DNA of 60,920 bases from NCBI GenBank assembly GCA_030750665.1, contig JASMHR010000001.1, positions 1 through 60,920 on the forward strand, written 5' to 3'. The translations under genes and the position numbers were made by a program. The DNA comes from Candidatus Poseidoniaceae archaeon (GTDB lineage: Archaea; Thermoplasmatota; Poseidoniia; Poseidoniales; Poseidoniaceae). The notes under the pieces are model-generated. The model worked only from the letters and a program-made list of their open reading frames with translations. It ran no database searches and was not told the DNA's origin. Below, in pieces: positions 25,377-33,998 of this stretch (position 1 is its first letter; each line of letters starts with the position of its first letter).

Positions 25377-25460
25377 CTATGAAACCGGCGTGGTCAGGTT
25401 GCTCAACCTGCCGAGTTATCTCGTCATTCCATTGAAAAGGGGAACCGGAGTGGACGCACT

Positions 25461-26528
25461 ATGTCCGAAGGCAAAGTCGCTCTGATTACAGGGGTCACAG
25501 GGCAAGACGGATCTTATCTCTCAGAATTGTTGTTGAATAAGGGCTATGAGGTCTATGGACTGGTTCGCAGGACCAGTCAACCGACTCTAGGCAGGTCTCT
25601 GATAAATCATCTGAATTCAAATGAGAAATTCCATCTGATAAATGGAGATCTTACTGATCAGGCGAGTATTGACAATGCAATCAAAGAAGTTCAACCGGAT
25701 GAATTCTACAATCTTGGGGCTCAGTCCTTTGTTCCAGAATCTTGGCGTTCGCCCCTGATGACTGCAGATGTCACAGGAATGGGTTCGCTTCGCTGCCTTG
25801 AGGCACTGAAGCGCAACAAACCTGATTGCCGATATTACCAAGCTGGTTCTTCAGAGCAATTTGGTGAGGTGCGAGAGATTCCACAGACGGAATTGACACC
25901 TTTCCACCCCCGTTCTCCATATGGTTGTGCAAAGGTTTTCGCTTTCGAGATAACCAGAAATTATCGTGAATCATATGGATTGTTTGCTTGTACTGGGATT
26001 CTCTTCAATCATGAGAGTCCCCGTCGGGGATTGGAATTCGTCACTCGGAAGGTGACAATGACTGCTGCTAGAATCGCTGCCGGCTTCGATGAGTACCTAT
26101 CGATTGGGAATGTGGATGCCAAGCGAGATTGGGGTTATGCTGGTGATTATGTTGAGATGCAATGGCGAATGTTGCAACAAGATGAACCGGATGATTACGT
26201 CATTGCAACTGGAGAAACCCACTCAGTGAAGGAGTTCATCGACCTTGCCTTCCACCATGTAGGAATGGAATTGACTTGGGAAGGCGAAGGAGTTGACAGA
26301 ATCGCAAAGGATCAGAATGGAGTGGTGCGCGTACGTACCAACCCCAAGTTCTTCCGGCCGGCTGAAGTGGAGTTGCTGATTGGAAAATATGACAAGGCCG
26401 AGGCCGCTTTGGGTTGGAAACCTAGTGTCACATTCACCGGTTTGGTTCAGATGATGGTGGACTCAGATGTCGCACTGGTGGCCGAGGCCAAAGAACGAGG
26501 CTATGCTCCACCAATGCCACCAGAGTGA
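25461..26528 (+). CDS. gmd: GDP-mannose 4,6-dehydratase
   Basis: ALITGVTGQDGSYLSELLLNKGYEVYGLVRRTS, SSEQFG, SPYGCAKVF (YxxxK), ILFNHESPRRG, RDWGYAGDYVE. Classic Gmd signatures throughout. Confidence 0.95.
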   Translation: MSEGKVALITGVTGQDGSYLSELLLNKGYEVYGLVRRTSQPTLGRSLINHLNSNEKFHLINGDLTDQASIDNAIKEVQPDEFYNLGAQSFVPESWRSPLMTADVTGMGSLRCLEALKRNKPDCRYYQAGSSEQFGEVREIPQTELTPFHPRSPYGCAKVFAFEITRNYRESYGLFACTGILFNHESPRRGLEFVTRKVTMTAARIAAGFDEYLSIGNVDAKRDWGYAGDYVEMQWRMLQQDEPDDYVIATGETHSVKEFIDLAFHHVGMELTWEGEGVDRIAKDQNGVVRVRTNPKFFRPAEVELLIGKYDKAEAALGWKPSVTFTGLVQMMVDSDVALVAEAKERGYAPPMPPE

Positions 26529-26529
26529 T

Positions 26530-27600
26530 TCAGAACATTGAATCCCAAGCGTTGGCCATATTCCTGCAATAGGCTTCCTTGGAGAATTGTTCGGCTTTGT
26601 TGAGTGATTCCTGACAGCGACCTGTTGGTAAGTTCTTGATGGTCTGCTTCCAGACTTGGGGGTCGTCGATGGGCTGTAGGTAGGATGTGGGTGGAATTTC
26701 ATTGGCAGAACCTGCATCTGCCACCAATGCTCTGGTACCTCCAGCCATCGCTTCAAGCGGCGGGTATCCGAAGCCCTCAGCAATGCTTGGGAACAGCAGT
26801 GCATCTGCATGCTGCCACGCTGCAATGAGATCCATTTCAGACACTCTTCCTCTCCAACGCATATCGATACCATGGGTTGCAGCCAGCGCTTTGAGATATC
26901 TTTCTGCATCAGAATCTGATTCTGCACCTATCTTGTGAAGAATAACTCCTTTCAGGCCCTTGCATGATTGAATGGCGAAATCAAGCCTTTTGCGAGGTTC
27001 TTCTGAACCAACCAAGAGCAGATGTTTGCCCGCTTCATTCATCCATGCGGGCGCATTCATTGGATTTTCAACTGGATGTCTGTCAGAAAGGTCAAGGCCC
27101 AGCGGAACACAGGTGCTGGCAACATCAGGAAAATACTCCTTGGCCTCAAGCAATGTTGCTTTTGAATCACAAATCAGTAGGTCGGCTCGATTCAAACCAG
27201 CCTTCAGTTTAGCGATATCCTTACGCCTGACCGGTCCTGGTTTCTGTTCTCCAACATCTATTCCCTCGACGACTCTTGGATACAGATGAAAGAGGTCGTG
27301 GACAGTGACTGAAACCGGTACCTGACAATTATCGGGAACTAGATGAGCCTGCTCCTGATCGCTGATATGGAGCATGTCCATCAGGGGTAATGTGCGCTTG
27401 ACTCTGGCAGGATTCGAACGCCATCGTCTATTGATTCTGGTGGCAGGATTACCACCGAGTTCGTGTTCTACAACACCTCCAACCGCATAACCTTCGATGC
27501 AATCGGTATCAAGGGCCGTCACTAGGTCATGATGTGCTCGACCAAGACCTGAGGCAGAGCCAACCGCTCCACCTCTGGCAACGAGAACATTGCGCACCAT
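26530..27600 (-). CDS. Glycosyltransferase, GT4-like (GT-B fold)
   Basis: LLFPSIAEGFGYPPLEAMAGGTRALVADAGS (EX7E-type motif). Confidence 0.8.
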   Translation of the reverse strand: MVRNVLVARGGAVGSASGLGRAHHDLVTALDTDCIEGYAVGGVVEHELGGNPATRINRRWRSNPARVKRTLPLMDMLHISDQEQAHLVPDNCQVPVSVTVHDLFHLYPRVVEGIDVGEQKPGPVRRKDIAKLKAGLNRADLLICDSKATLLEAKEYFPDVASTCVPLGLDLSDRHPVENPMNAPAWMNEAGKHLLLVGSEEPRKRLDFAIQSCKGLKGVILHKIGAESDSDAERYLKALAATHGIDMRWRGRVSEMDLIAAWQHADALLFPSIAEGFGYPPLEAMAGGTRALVADAGSANEIPPTSYLQPIDDPQVWKQTIKNLPTGRCQESLNKAEQFSKEAYCRNMANAWDSMF

Positions 27601-27653
27601 GTCTTCGCCAACATACGCTGCATTTCAAACGCTGCTATCACAGATAGTGGTTA

Positions 27654-28706
27654 TCACACGAGTGGCAGGTGTTTCACTGGAGGGGCGATTCCAAGATCCT
27701 TCGGGAATTCCATCTCTCTTTCAGGGATTGGAATGGGAATAATCTCCTTGCCGACCAATGCCACGCGACTGGGGGGGGAGTCATCGAGCACCTTGCGTCC
27801 AACCATCGGCGCTAATTCTTCACTGAATTTGAGAATGTCATCATGGCTTGGCATATTGTCGATCGACATCACCTCTCTGCTGTGTCCGACGAATACATAG
27901 CCCTTGCATTCGATGAAATCGGGGTCTGCTCGGTTATCCAGTGCAGCATATTGTGGAATATGTTGCGTGGCCATGTTCTCACCTTTGACCAAGGTATGTC
28001 TACAGACGATACGAGTATCAAGACTGGGAAGGAGGTCGATGGTCTGCTCGAATTTTTCCCATGCTCCACTATTCCACTTTGGTTTGCATATCTTTTCGAA
28101 CACCTTTTTGTTTGGAGCATCAACACTGACATAGAGTTGAGTTGGCAAGGTGTCGAGGTTCTCCAATGCCTTGGGTAACGTTCCATTGGTCACCAGCATG
28201 GTGGTCATGCCATGTTTGTGGCACAGTTCGATGTATTCGCTAAGTTTGGTGTATAGAGTCGGCTCTCCATTGAGTGAAATGGCGACATGCCGAGGGTTCT
28301 GGGCTTCGATGTATTTCTCGGGAGTCACACCAATATTCCCACCATATCCCGTTAGCAGGCGCCTTTGCGCACGCACGCTTTCGTAGAGTAGTTCCTTTGG
28401 CTCTTGGTCCGTCAATTCTAGTGTGTCCATGTGAGGTTCACGCCAGCAATAGGAACAGGCTAGATTACATTGGTCAACAACGGGACTCATCTGTAGACAA
28501 TCATGACTCTCGATGCCGTAGAATTTGCCCTTGTAGCACTGGCGATCCCTCAGAAGACTCTCTTTGGTCCAGTGGCATATCTTGACACCACCGTGTTCAC
28601 CGACGATATGGTAGCGCTGCTTCTGGAGTTTTGCCTTGAGTGCAGAATCCATGCCCATGGTATCACATCCTGAGTCCGGATTCCTCAGAGGGGCCGGCTC
28701 GAACAC
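27654..28706 (-). CDS. taw1: tRNA 4-demethylwyosine synthase Taw1/TYW1 (radical SAM)
   Basis: HWTKESLLRDRQCYKGKFYGIESHDCLQMSP plus the radical-SAM cluster CNLACSYCW (CX3CX2C), and AISLNGEPTLY. The start may instead be an internal Met at ~28658. Confidence 0.88.
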   Translation of the reverse strand: MFEPAPLRNPDSGCDTMGMDSALKAKLQKQRYHIVGEHGGVKICHWTKESLLRDRQCYKGKFYGIESHDCLQMSPVVDQCNLACSYCWREPHMDTLELTDQEPKELLYESVRAQRRLLTGYGGNIGVTPEKYIEAQNPRHVAISLNGEPTLYTKLSEYIELCHKHGMTTMLVTNGTLPKALENLDTLPTQLYVSVDAPNKKVFEKICKPKWNSGAWEKFEQTIDLLPSLDTRIVCRHTLVKGENMATQHIPQYAALDNRADPDFIECKGYVFVGHSREVMSIDNMPSHDDILKFSEELAPMVGRKVLDDSPPSRVALVGKEIIPIPIPEREMEFPKDLGIAPPVKHLPLV

Positions 28707-28741
28707 TTCGGCGAGAAGTCATTTGCTCTTGAAAGCAACCC

Positions 28742-29797
28742 TCATCTCAACAAGGTGTTCTTGCTGGCGATGATGTTGAGTAGTATTTCCCCCATGTCTC
28801 GAGCATATGCGCACAGTCTTTTGATAGTTTCAGAGACTCTGAATTGGTAGAGGACAGATGTGGCACTGGCCCTCCCTCCCCAAAGTGAATCCTCATGTTC
28901 TGAGAGGTTGATCTGTGCTTCCTTCAAAGCCATTCTTGCATCGTGTATCTCATGAGGGTCTTCTGTTCTGATATTGATCATCAGGGCTTTGATCGATGAT
29001 TGCCATATCTCCAATTTGCTCAATGGCGCCTCATTAAAGTTCAATTTTGGTTTTCTTTCTGTAGAAGTGATCAATTGGGCGAATAATTGAGCATGGTCTC
29101 CCATTCTTTCGAATACACGGGCAAGATTCGCCATCTCGATCGCACTTCTTCTATCGGTCCCAAGTTCTGTAGCCACCTTGTGTGATTCCAGCAATGCCCC
29201 AACCTGTCTTTGAATGAGCAACTGCATTGCATCCATTTCACGTTCACGTTCCTCGACATCATCCAGTAGATCCTCACTTTCTCCGGAGAGGACATCGACA
29301 ATGTCGCGCATTATCGAGGTAAGTTGCAGATACATACGGTTCAGACTCGATTGAATTGGCATTTCACCGATATTGAGGATATTGAGCAACTCAACCATCT
29401 TCTCATTCTCATCCATTATCTCAAATCCAGTGGTGATGCGTAGGAAACGTTTGACTCTTGACCTCTGATCTCGAGTAAAACCATTTTTGGAAATAAGTTT
29501 GATTCGATTTGCTGAAGCGATATAGGCTGCAACCAGATGGTCAACGAGTGAAGCTACTGGAATATTGTCCACATTCAAGGTTATCTCTTTCCTCTGGGAC
29601 TTTTGTTCTTGAGACGGAGTTAAACGAAGTGCTCCGCTTGGACGCCAATCCATCTTGAGGCCATCTTTGGCCTTCATGGAATGGTGTGTTGCCCATTCTT
29701 TCGGGATACTGACAGTGAATGTTGCCCCACCGGTCATCTGTACTCTACGCGTGTGAATGCTTCCGGGGCCGGTTGCCATGAAACAACCATTATACAT
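28742..29797 (-). CDS. Archaeal PhoU-family phosphate regulator with an N-terminal SpoVT/AbrB DNA-binding domain
   Basis: N-terminus RRVQMTGGATFTVSIPKEWATHHSMKAKDGLKMDW (AbrB-like swapped hairpin). Two PhoU-like helical repeats follow (..LARVFERMGDHA.., ..IKRLCAYARDMGEILLN..). The likely start is the MATGPGS Met at 29779, ~28 nt from the A/T box. Confidence 0.82.
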   Translation of the reverse strand: MYNGCFMATGPGSIHTRRVQMTGGATFTVSIPKEWATHHSMKAKDGLKMDWRPSGALRLTPSQEQKSQRKEITLNVDNIPVASLVDHLVAAYIASANRIKLISKNGFTRDQRSRVKRFLRITTGFEIMDENEKMVELLNILNIGEMPIQSSLNRMYLQLTSIMRDIVDVLSGESEDLLDDVEEREREMDAMQLLIQRQVGALLESHKVATELGTDRRSAIEMANLARVFERMGDHAQLFAQLITSTERKPKLNFNEAPLSKLEIWQSSIKALMINIRTEDPHEIHDARMALKEAQINLSEHEDSLWGGRASATSVLYQFRVSETIKRLCAYARDMGEILLNIIASKNTLLR

Positions 29798-29835
29798 ATG
29801 AATATATATTTTACCTAGAATCTAGGTGATATACT
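29791..29835. promoter_or_regulatory. Divergent PhoU / PiT promoter region with an A/T-rich box and a perfect palindrome
   Basis: TATACATATGAATATATATTTTA (29791-29813) is followed by the 13-nt palindrome CCTAGAATCTAGG (29814-29826) and GTGATATACT. The region lies between starts 29779/29797 (-) and 29856 (+). Confidence 0.4.
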
Positions 29836-29855
29836 GTTTGCGTTGTCACCGGTTC

Positions 29856-31943
29856 ATGTGGGAATTGGTAATCTTAGCATCTCTCGGGATTGCTGCATAC
29901 ATGGCTTGGAACATCGGTGCCAATGATGTGGCCAATGCAATGGGGACCAGCGTCGGCAGTGGTGCGCTGACTCTCAAGAGAGCGATAGTGGTTGCAGCCG
30001 TATTCGAGTTCTGCGGGGCGGTCTTTTTCGGTGGACACGTCACTGATACCATTCGCAAAGGAGTATTGGATTTCGGAGGACAGGATTTCAGCAGGGAATT
30101 GAGTCAGCAGTTGATGTATGGTTTCATGGCTGCTCTTCTCGCTGCAGCAATCTGGTTGACTGTCGCCACAAAGATGGGATTACCAGTTTCAACCACCCAC
30201 AGCATTGTTGGAGGAGTCATTGGAGTTGGGCTATTCATCCAACCTTCGTCGGTCAATTGGGGAAAAGTGATTGAGATTGTATTGAGTTGGATAATTTCTC
30301 CATTGCTCGGAGCGGTTCTGGCCTTCCTGTCTTTTTATGCTATCAAGAAATTGATCATGGAGCATGATGACCCTCTCAGGAGGACGAGGTCTCTCGCTCC
30401 TATTCTTGCATTTCCGACATTCGCAGTGCTAGGACTAGCCCTACAATTCAAGGCTTTGAAGGGCTTTTTCAAGAATCTGGATAGTAGAGGAATAATTGAT
30501 TCAGGAAAGTGGTTACCTGAAGCGGAGAATGGGACCTGGAATCCATTATCGGAGACTGCGTGGATACCTCTCAACAGCATATTGGTTGCCTGTTTCATAG
30601 GTATCATTGCCAGTCTTCTCATGGCTGCTGCACTGCGAAGATATGAGTTCAAGGAGGAAGGATACGCCGGCATGGAGAGAGTATTCATCTGGCTGCAGAT
30701 AATCACTGCGTGCTATGTTGCATTCGCTCATGGCGCTAATGATGTGGCAAATGCCATTGGTCCTATGGCTGCAATATGGGATATCTCCACTTCGCCAACC
30801 GGTACCTTGTCTCCGGACAAGGTCGAAGTGCCGATTGGGTTGCTACTTCTAGGGGGACTGGGTATCACTATTGGTGTCGCAACTTGGGGCTACAAGGTCA
30901 TGGATACCATCGGTAAGAAGATTACTCACATCACCCCATCTCGAGGTTTTGCTGCTGAATTCGGAGCTGCCACGACTGTACTTATCTTCTCCATGCCCTT
31001 CATTGCTGTACCGATATCCACGACCCACACCTTGGTAGGTGCTGTAGTTGGGGTTGGACTCGCAGGCGGTGCTTCAGCAGTTGATTTCAAGGTCTTCGCC
31101 AAGATTGCGGGTAGTTGGGTGGCCAGCCTTCCAGTTGCAGGAGTTGGCGCAATCATTCTTTACATCCTGTTCGCTGGTTCTTCAACCAATGTTGCTATCA
31201 TCCTCCCACTGGCGATATTGTCGGTCATATACGTGATGAAGAAAGAGGATGGGATGGTAGAGGATGAGGGCAAGATAGTCCAGATAGATACGCCAGTTGG
31301 AGAGGAAAGAGGAGGGCTATTGGACCTCTTCCATCAGCACGCAGCAGCGGTAGAAGATACAGTCAATCATATGCTGAATGCAGTTTCAATAGCAGTCTCT
31401 GGTAAGATTCCTGAGGACGAGATATTGGCGACACAAGAAGCAGAATTGAAGGCCGATGAATTGAAGGCGGCAATGAGAGATTCGTTGTCTGGCGTTAGAT
31501 TGGCATTCAGCCGTGAGACCTTCCTTCACATGATCACGCGCCAAGATAGAATTGCTGATTATGCTCAAAATGTCGCTGAACAACTGTCATTCCGAATCCT
31601 GTATCACAATGAAAAGGCGCGGAAACTGGTGGAAGAGCATGCAGAGCGCGTAGTTTCAACGGTAAGAAAGTATGAGGACACGGTTGAGATGTTGAAGAAT
31701 CTAGCATATTCGGGATTCTCAAAGAAGGAGCGATCAGCAGTTCTTGAGATGATCAAGGAAGTCAATCTTCTAGAGCATGAAGCAGATGAGGCTGAGCGCG
31801 AGGCGGCGGCATTCGTGTTCTCTAAGGGTGATGATGATCCATTGGGTGCGATGCACATGTACAGAGTATTGCAAAGACTCGATGATGTCGCTAATGCTGC
31901 TGAAAAGGCTGCCAATGCTTTCTTACCCATAGTTTCCGAGTAA
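29856..31943 (+). CDS. PiT-family inorganic phosphate transporter fused to a C-terminal DUF47/PhoU-like (Pit accessory) domain
   Basis: Two PiT signatures, GANDVANAMGTSVGSGALT and HGANDVANAIGP, with ~10-12 TM helices. From aa ~500 a soluble helical domain has DUF47-like features (FSRETFLHMITRQDRIADYAQNVAEQ ... HEADEAEREA ... LQRLDDVANAAEKAAN). The track start is GTG 29826; ATG 29856 is preferred. Confidence 0.88.
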   Translation: MWELVILASLGIAAYMAWNIGANDVANAMGTSVGSGALTLKRAIVVAAVFEFCGAVFFGGHVTDTIRKGVLDFGGQDFSRELSQQLMYGFMAALLAAAIWLTVATKMGLPVSTTHSIVGGVIGVGLFIQPSSVNWGKVIEIVLSWIISPLLGAVLAFLSFYAIKKLIMEHDDPLRRTRSLAPILAFPTFAVLGLALQFKALKGFFKNLDSRGIIDSGKWLPEAENGTWNPLSETAWIPLNSILVACFIGIIASLLMAAALRRYEFKEEGYAGMERVFIWLQIITACYVAFAHGANDVANAIGPMAAIWDISTSPTGTLSPDKVEVPIGLLLLGGLGITIGVATWGYKVMDTIGKKITHITPSRGFAAEFGAATTVLIFSMPFIAVPISTTHTLVGAVVGVGLAGGASAVDFKVFAKIAGSWVASLPVAGVGAIILYILFAGSSTNVAIILPLAILSVIYVMKKEDGMVEDEGKIVQIDTPVGEERGGLLDLFHQHAAAVEDTVNHMLNAVSIAVSGKIPEDEILATQEAELKADELKAAMRDSLSGVRLAFSRETFLHMITRQDRIADYAQNVAEQLSFRILYHNEKARKLVEEHAERVVSTVRKYEDTVEMLKNLAYSGFSKKERSAVLEMIKEVNLLEHEADEAEREAAAFVFSKGDDDPLGAMHMYRVLQRLDDVANAAEKAANAFLPIVSE

Positions 31944-31952
31944 GTATGTCCT

Positions 31953-31994
31953 AATACACTAAGTGTTGAAAATACACCGTAGTGTGTGTTTTTT
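31953..31994 (+). terminator. Two tandem short palindromes followed by a T6 run, a candidate terminator or operator downstream of the PiT gene
   Basis: AATACACTAAGTGT (31953-31966) and AATACACCGTAGTGT (31971-31985) are followed by TTTTTT (31989-31994). Oligo-T tracts act as archaeal terminators. Confidence 0.3.
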
Positions 31995-32182
31995 CACTCG
32001 ATGATACATATAGGAGTGGAAGCACAATGTATACTGCCGGAAGGCGGGAAATGGTAGAATGGACGATTATCTGGATACATTTGTACATGAATTAATGGAA
32101 AAACAGCAGTACCGCAACGGAATCTTTCCTAAGCGCAAGTCATTGAGAGAGATATTTCTCTCTTTGCGTAGGCGTCGCTTCA

Positions 32183-33223
32183 ATGAGTGAACTCCTTGTA
32201 TGGACAACCTCAGCGAGGTCTGTGAGACCTGAACCATGGGCTTTCCATCTGTTTGGATTGGTTACTCCCATCGTGATCATCATTTCCTTGCTTGAGGGCT
32301 CTTTCTGGATGATGACAGGAACCGTGCTTGTGCTTGGCTTATACCCACTTCTCGATATTCTGTTAAGTGAACGGCAGTCGCCAGCACCTTCTGCAGATGA
32401 TGGGCGGCCATACGAAGCCATTCTCATGATCCATGCTCTTGCCATACCAGTACTGGTAGCAGTTCTGCTCTGGCGTGCTCACCTTGATGGCCCTACCATG
32501 TGGATGGGCTGGGGAATATTCTCGGCAGGTATCGTTGGCGGAGCCTCAGGAATAATCACCGCCCATGAATTAGGGCATAGACGTCCTGGTTCATTCAAGT
32601 GGATGGTTGGCAGATTCACCATGTTCATGGTCAATTACAGCCATTTCACCATTGAGCATAATTACAATCACCACAAGGATGTGGCACTGCCCAGCGATGC
32701 TGCCAGCGCTCCTGCTTCTCGAGGATTATGGCTTCACATCGCAATGACGGTCCCGTGGCAGTTCATCTCCGCAGTCAAGGTCGATTTTTCGAAGCGCTCC
32801 ATTTGGGGCAATCGCGTTTTGCGCGGCCTTTTGCTACAGATATTAGCCATAATTGCACTTGGAATGTTGCTCAGTTGGTGGCTCGCATTGGTGTGGGTGT
32901 TGTTTGGTGCAACAGCAGTGATTCTGCTTGAATATGTGAATTACATCCGTCATTATGGTCTGCGGCGGAAGGATGATGAGAGGCAGACTGAGATGCACTC
33001 CTGGCAATCCGAGGCTCGCTGGAGCCGGTGGACCCTGTTGGAGTTGACTCGTCATCCAGCACACCACATGAAGGCTAGTCTTCCCTACTGGCAGTTGCAA
33101 CCATGCGAAGGCGTTCCTACGCTCCCTACAGGCTACTATGGGTGCTTCTGGCCGTGTACCATTCCTCCACTGTGGAAGCGCTGGATGAGAAGTCGGATAC
33201 CAGAGTCGATGCGTCAGACGTAG
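32183..33223 (+). CDS. AlkB-like integral-membrane di-iron alkane/fatty-acid hydroxylase (fatty acid desaturase superfamily)
   Basis: Histidine boxes in canonical order: HELGHR, EHNYNHH, NYIRHYGL (the HYG motif) and LTRHPAHHM. Several N-terminal TM helices. Confidence 0.78.
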   Translation: MSELLVWTTSARSVRPEPWAFHLFGLVTPIVIIISLLEGSFWMMTGTVLVLGLYPLLDILLSERQSPAPSADDGRPYEAILMIHALAIPVLVAVLLWRAHLDGPTMWMGWGIFSAGIVGGASGIITAHELGHRRPGSFKWMVGRFTMFMVNYSHFTIEHNYNHHKDVALPSDAASAPASRGLWLHIAMTVPWQFISAVKVDFSKRSIWGNRVLRGLLLQILAIIALGMLLSWWLALVWVLFGATAVILLEYVNYIRHYGLRRKDDERQTEMHSWQSEARWSRWTLLELTRHPAHHMKASLPYWQLQPCEGVPTLPTGYYGCFWPCTIPPLWKRWMRSRIPESMRQT

Positions 33224-33966
33224 CCTTTGCGAGGCCGTTCTTTCTCTTCATTTTCGGCATTATCTATTGGTTTTTCAAAATTAATGAAATTTTGGTATTT
33301 GTTGATCAAAGAGTCGCCTTTGAAGAATATCCAATATACGAATAATATGAAAAGCACTGTGGAAACAATTCTAATTTGAGGAAATAGTATCTGTTCGAAT
33401 TCTATTGGAGACATGAATTTTAGTCCTAGAAATTCGAATAATATCCACGAAAAAATTCCTTCGAATGTAAAAATCTCTGAAATCCCGTGTTCAGTCATTT
33501 TTTCACTAATTATAGGATGCAGTAAATCATCCCAAAGCCATGAAAATGGCCCTAAGGTGAATACAGCAGCTCTTGCCTTTTTCAGAATATCAAGTGCTTT
33601 GAGCGATGCTCGAAATTCCTTCCTCTCCTCAGATTTTGAAGTAATAATATGTTTTAGAGCCTTGTTAAGTTGCTTTCTTTGATTTCTAAGACCAAATAGA
33701 TACACGCCTAAGCCTCCCAATGCAGCTATCAAAATCACCGATTCTGCGGGATGTTCGGAGACTTGTTCATTTATCGAATCGAGTGAAAAATCAGGAATTT
33801 GTGAATCGATACTATCGGTTTGAGTTTGTGTGCTATTATTACTCGACAATGTAAATGCTACAATCTGATTTTCTTCAAGTTGATTTTCTCCAGGCGAATT
33901 GTAGAAATTTATTGACAAGAAAATGGCACATGCTGCAAAAACAACCGCGCACGATTTCCTAGTCAT
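33214..33966 (-). CDS. Hypothetical membrane protein in an AT-rich compositional island
   Basis: N-terminal signal/anchor MTRKSCAVVFAACAIFLSINFY, an internal TM helix VILIAALGGLGVYLFGL, and hydrophobic C-terminal helices. GC content is visibly lower than in the flanks. No motif recognised. Confidence 0.5.
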   Translation of the reverse strand: MTRKSCAVVFAACAIFLSINFYNSPGENQLEENQIVAFTLSSNNSTQTQTDSIDSQIPDFSLDSINEQVSEHPAESVILIAALGGLGVYLFGLRNQRKQLNKALKHIITSKSEERKEFRASLKALDILKKARAAVFTLGPFSWLWDDLLHPIISEKMTEHGISEIFTFEGIFSWILFEFLGLKFMSPIEFEQILFPQIRIVSTVLFILFVYWIFFKGDSLINKYQNFINFEKPIDNAENEEKERPRKGYV

Positions 33967-33998
33967 GTGATAACCGATACTGTACTGGTTGAAGAGTC

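Noticed and set aside
25395-25410. Inverted repeat CAGGTT-GCTC-AACCTG in the divergent GT4/gmd spacer
   Set aside because: It is a short 6-bp stem, expected by chance at this scale, with no second copy or associated regulator seen. It is not reported as a feature.
27406-27420. GGCAGGATTCGAACG, resembling the reverse complement of a tRNA T-arm
   Set aside because: It lies inside the GT4 glycosyltransferase coding frame, and no acceptor or anticodon stems can be drawn around it. I found no convincing tRNA in any intergenic region.
32051-32095. 14-codon ORF (MVEWTIIWIHLYMN) in the long spacer upstream of the AlkB-like gene
   Set aside because: It is too short and has no supporting signal. The 43-codon frame starting at 32059 is the only small ORF there worth testing, and it is reported separately with low confidence.
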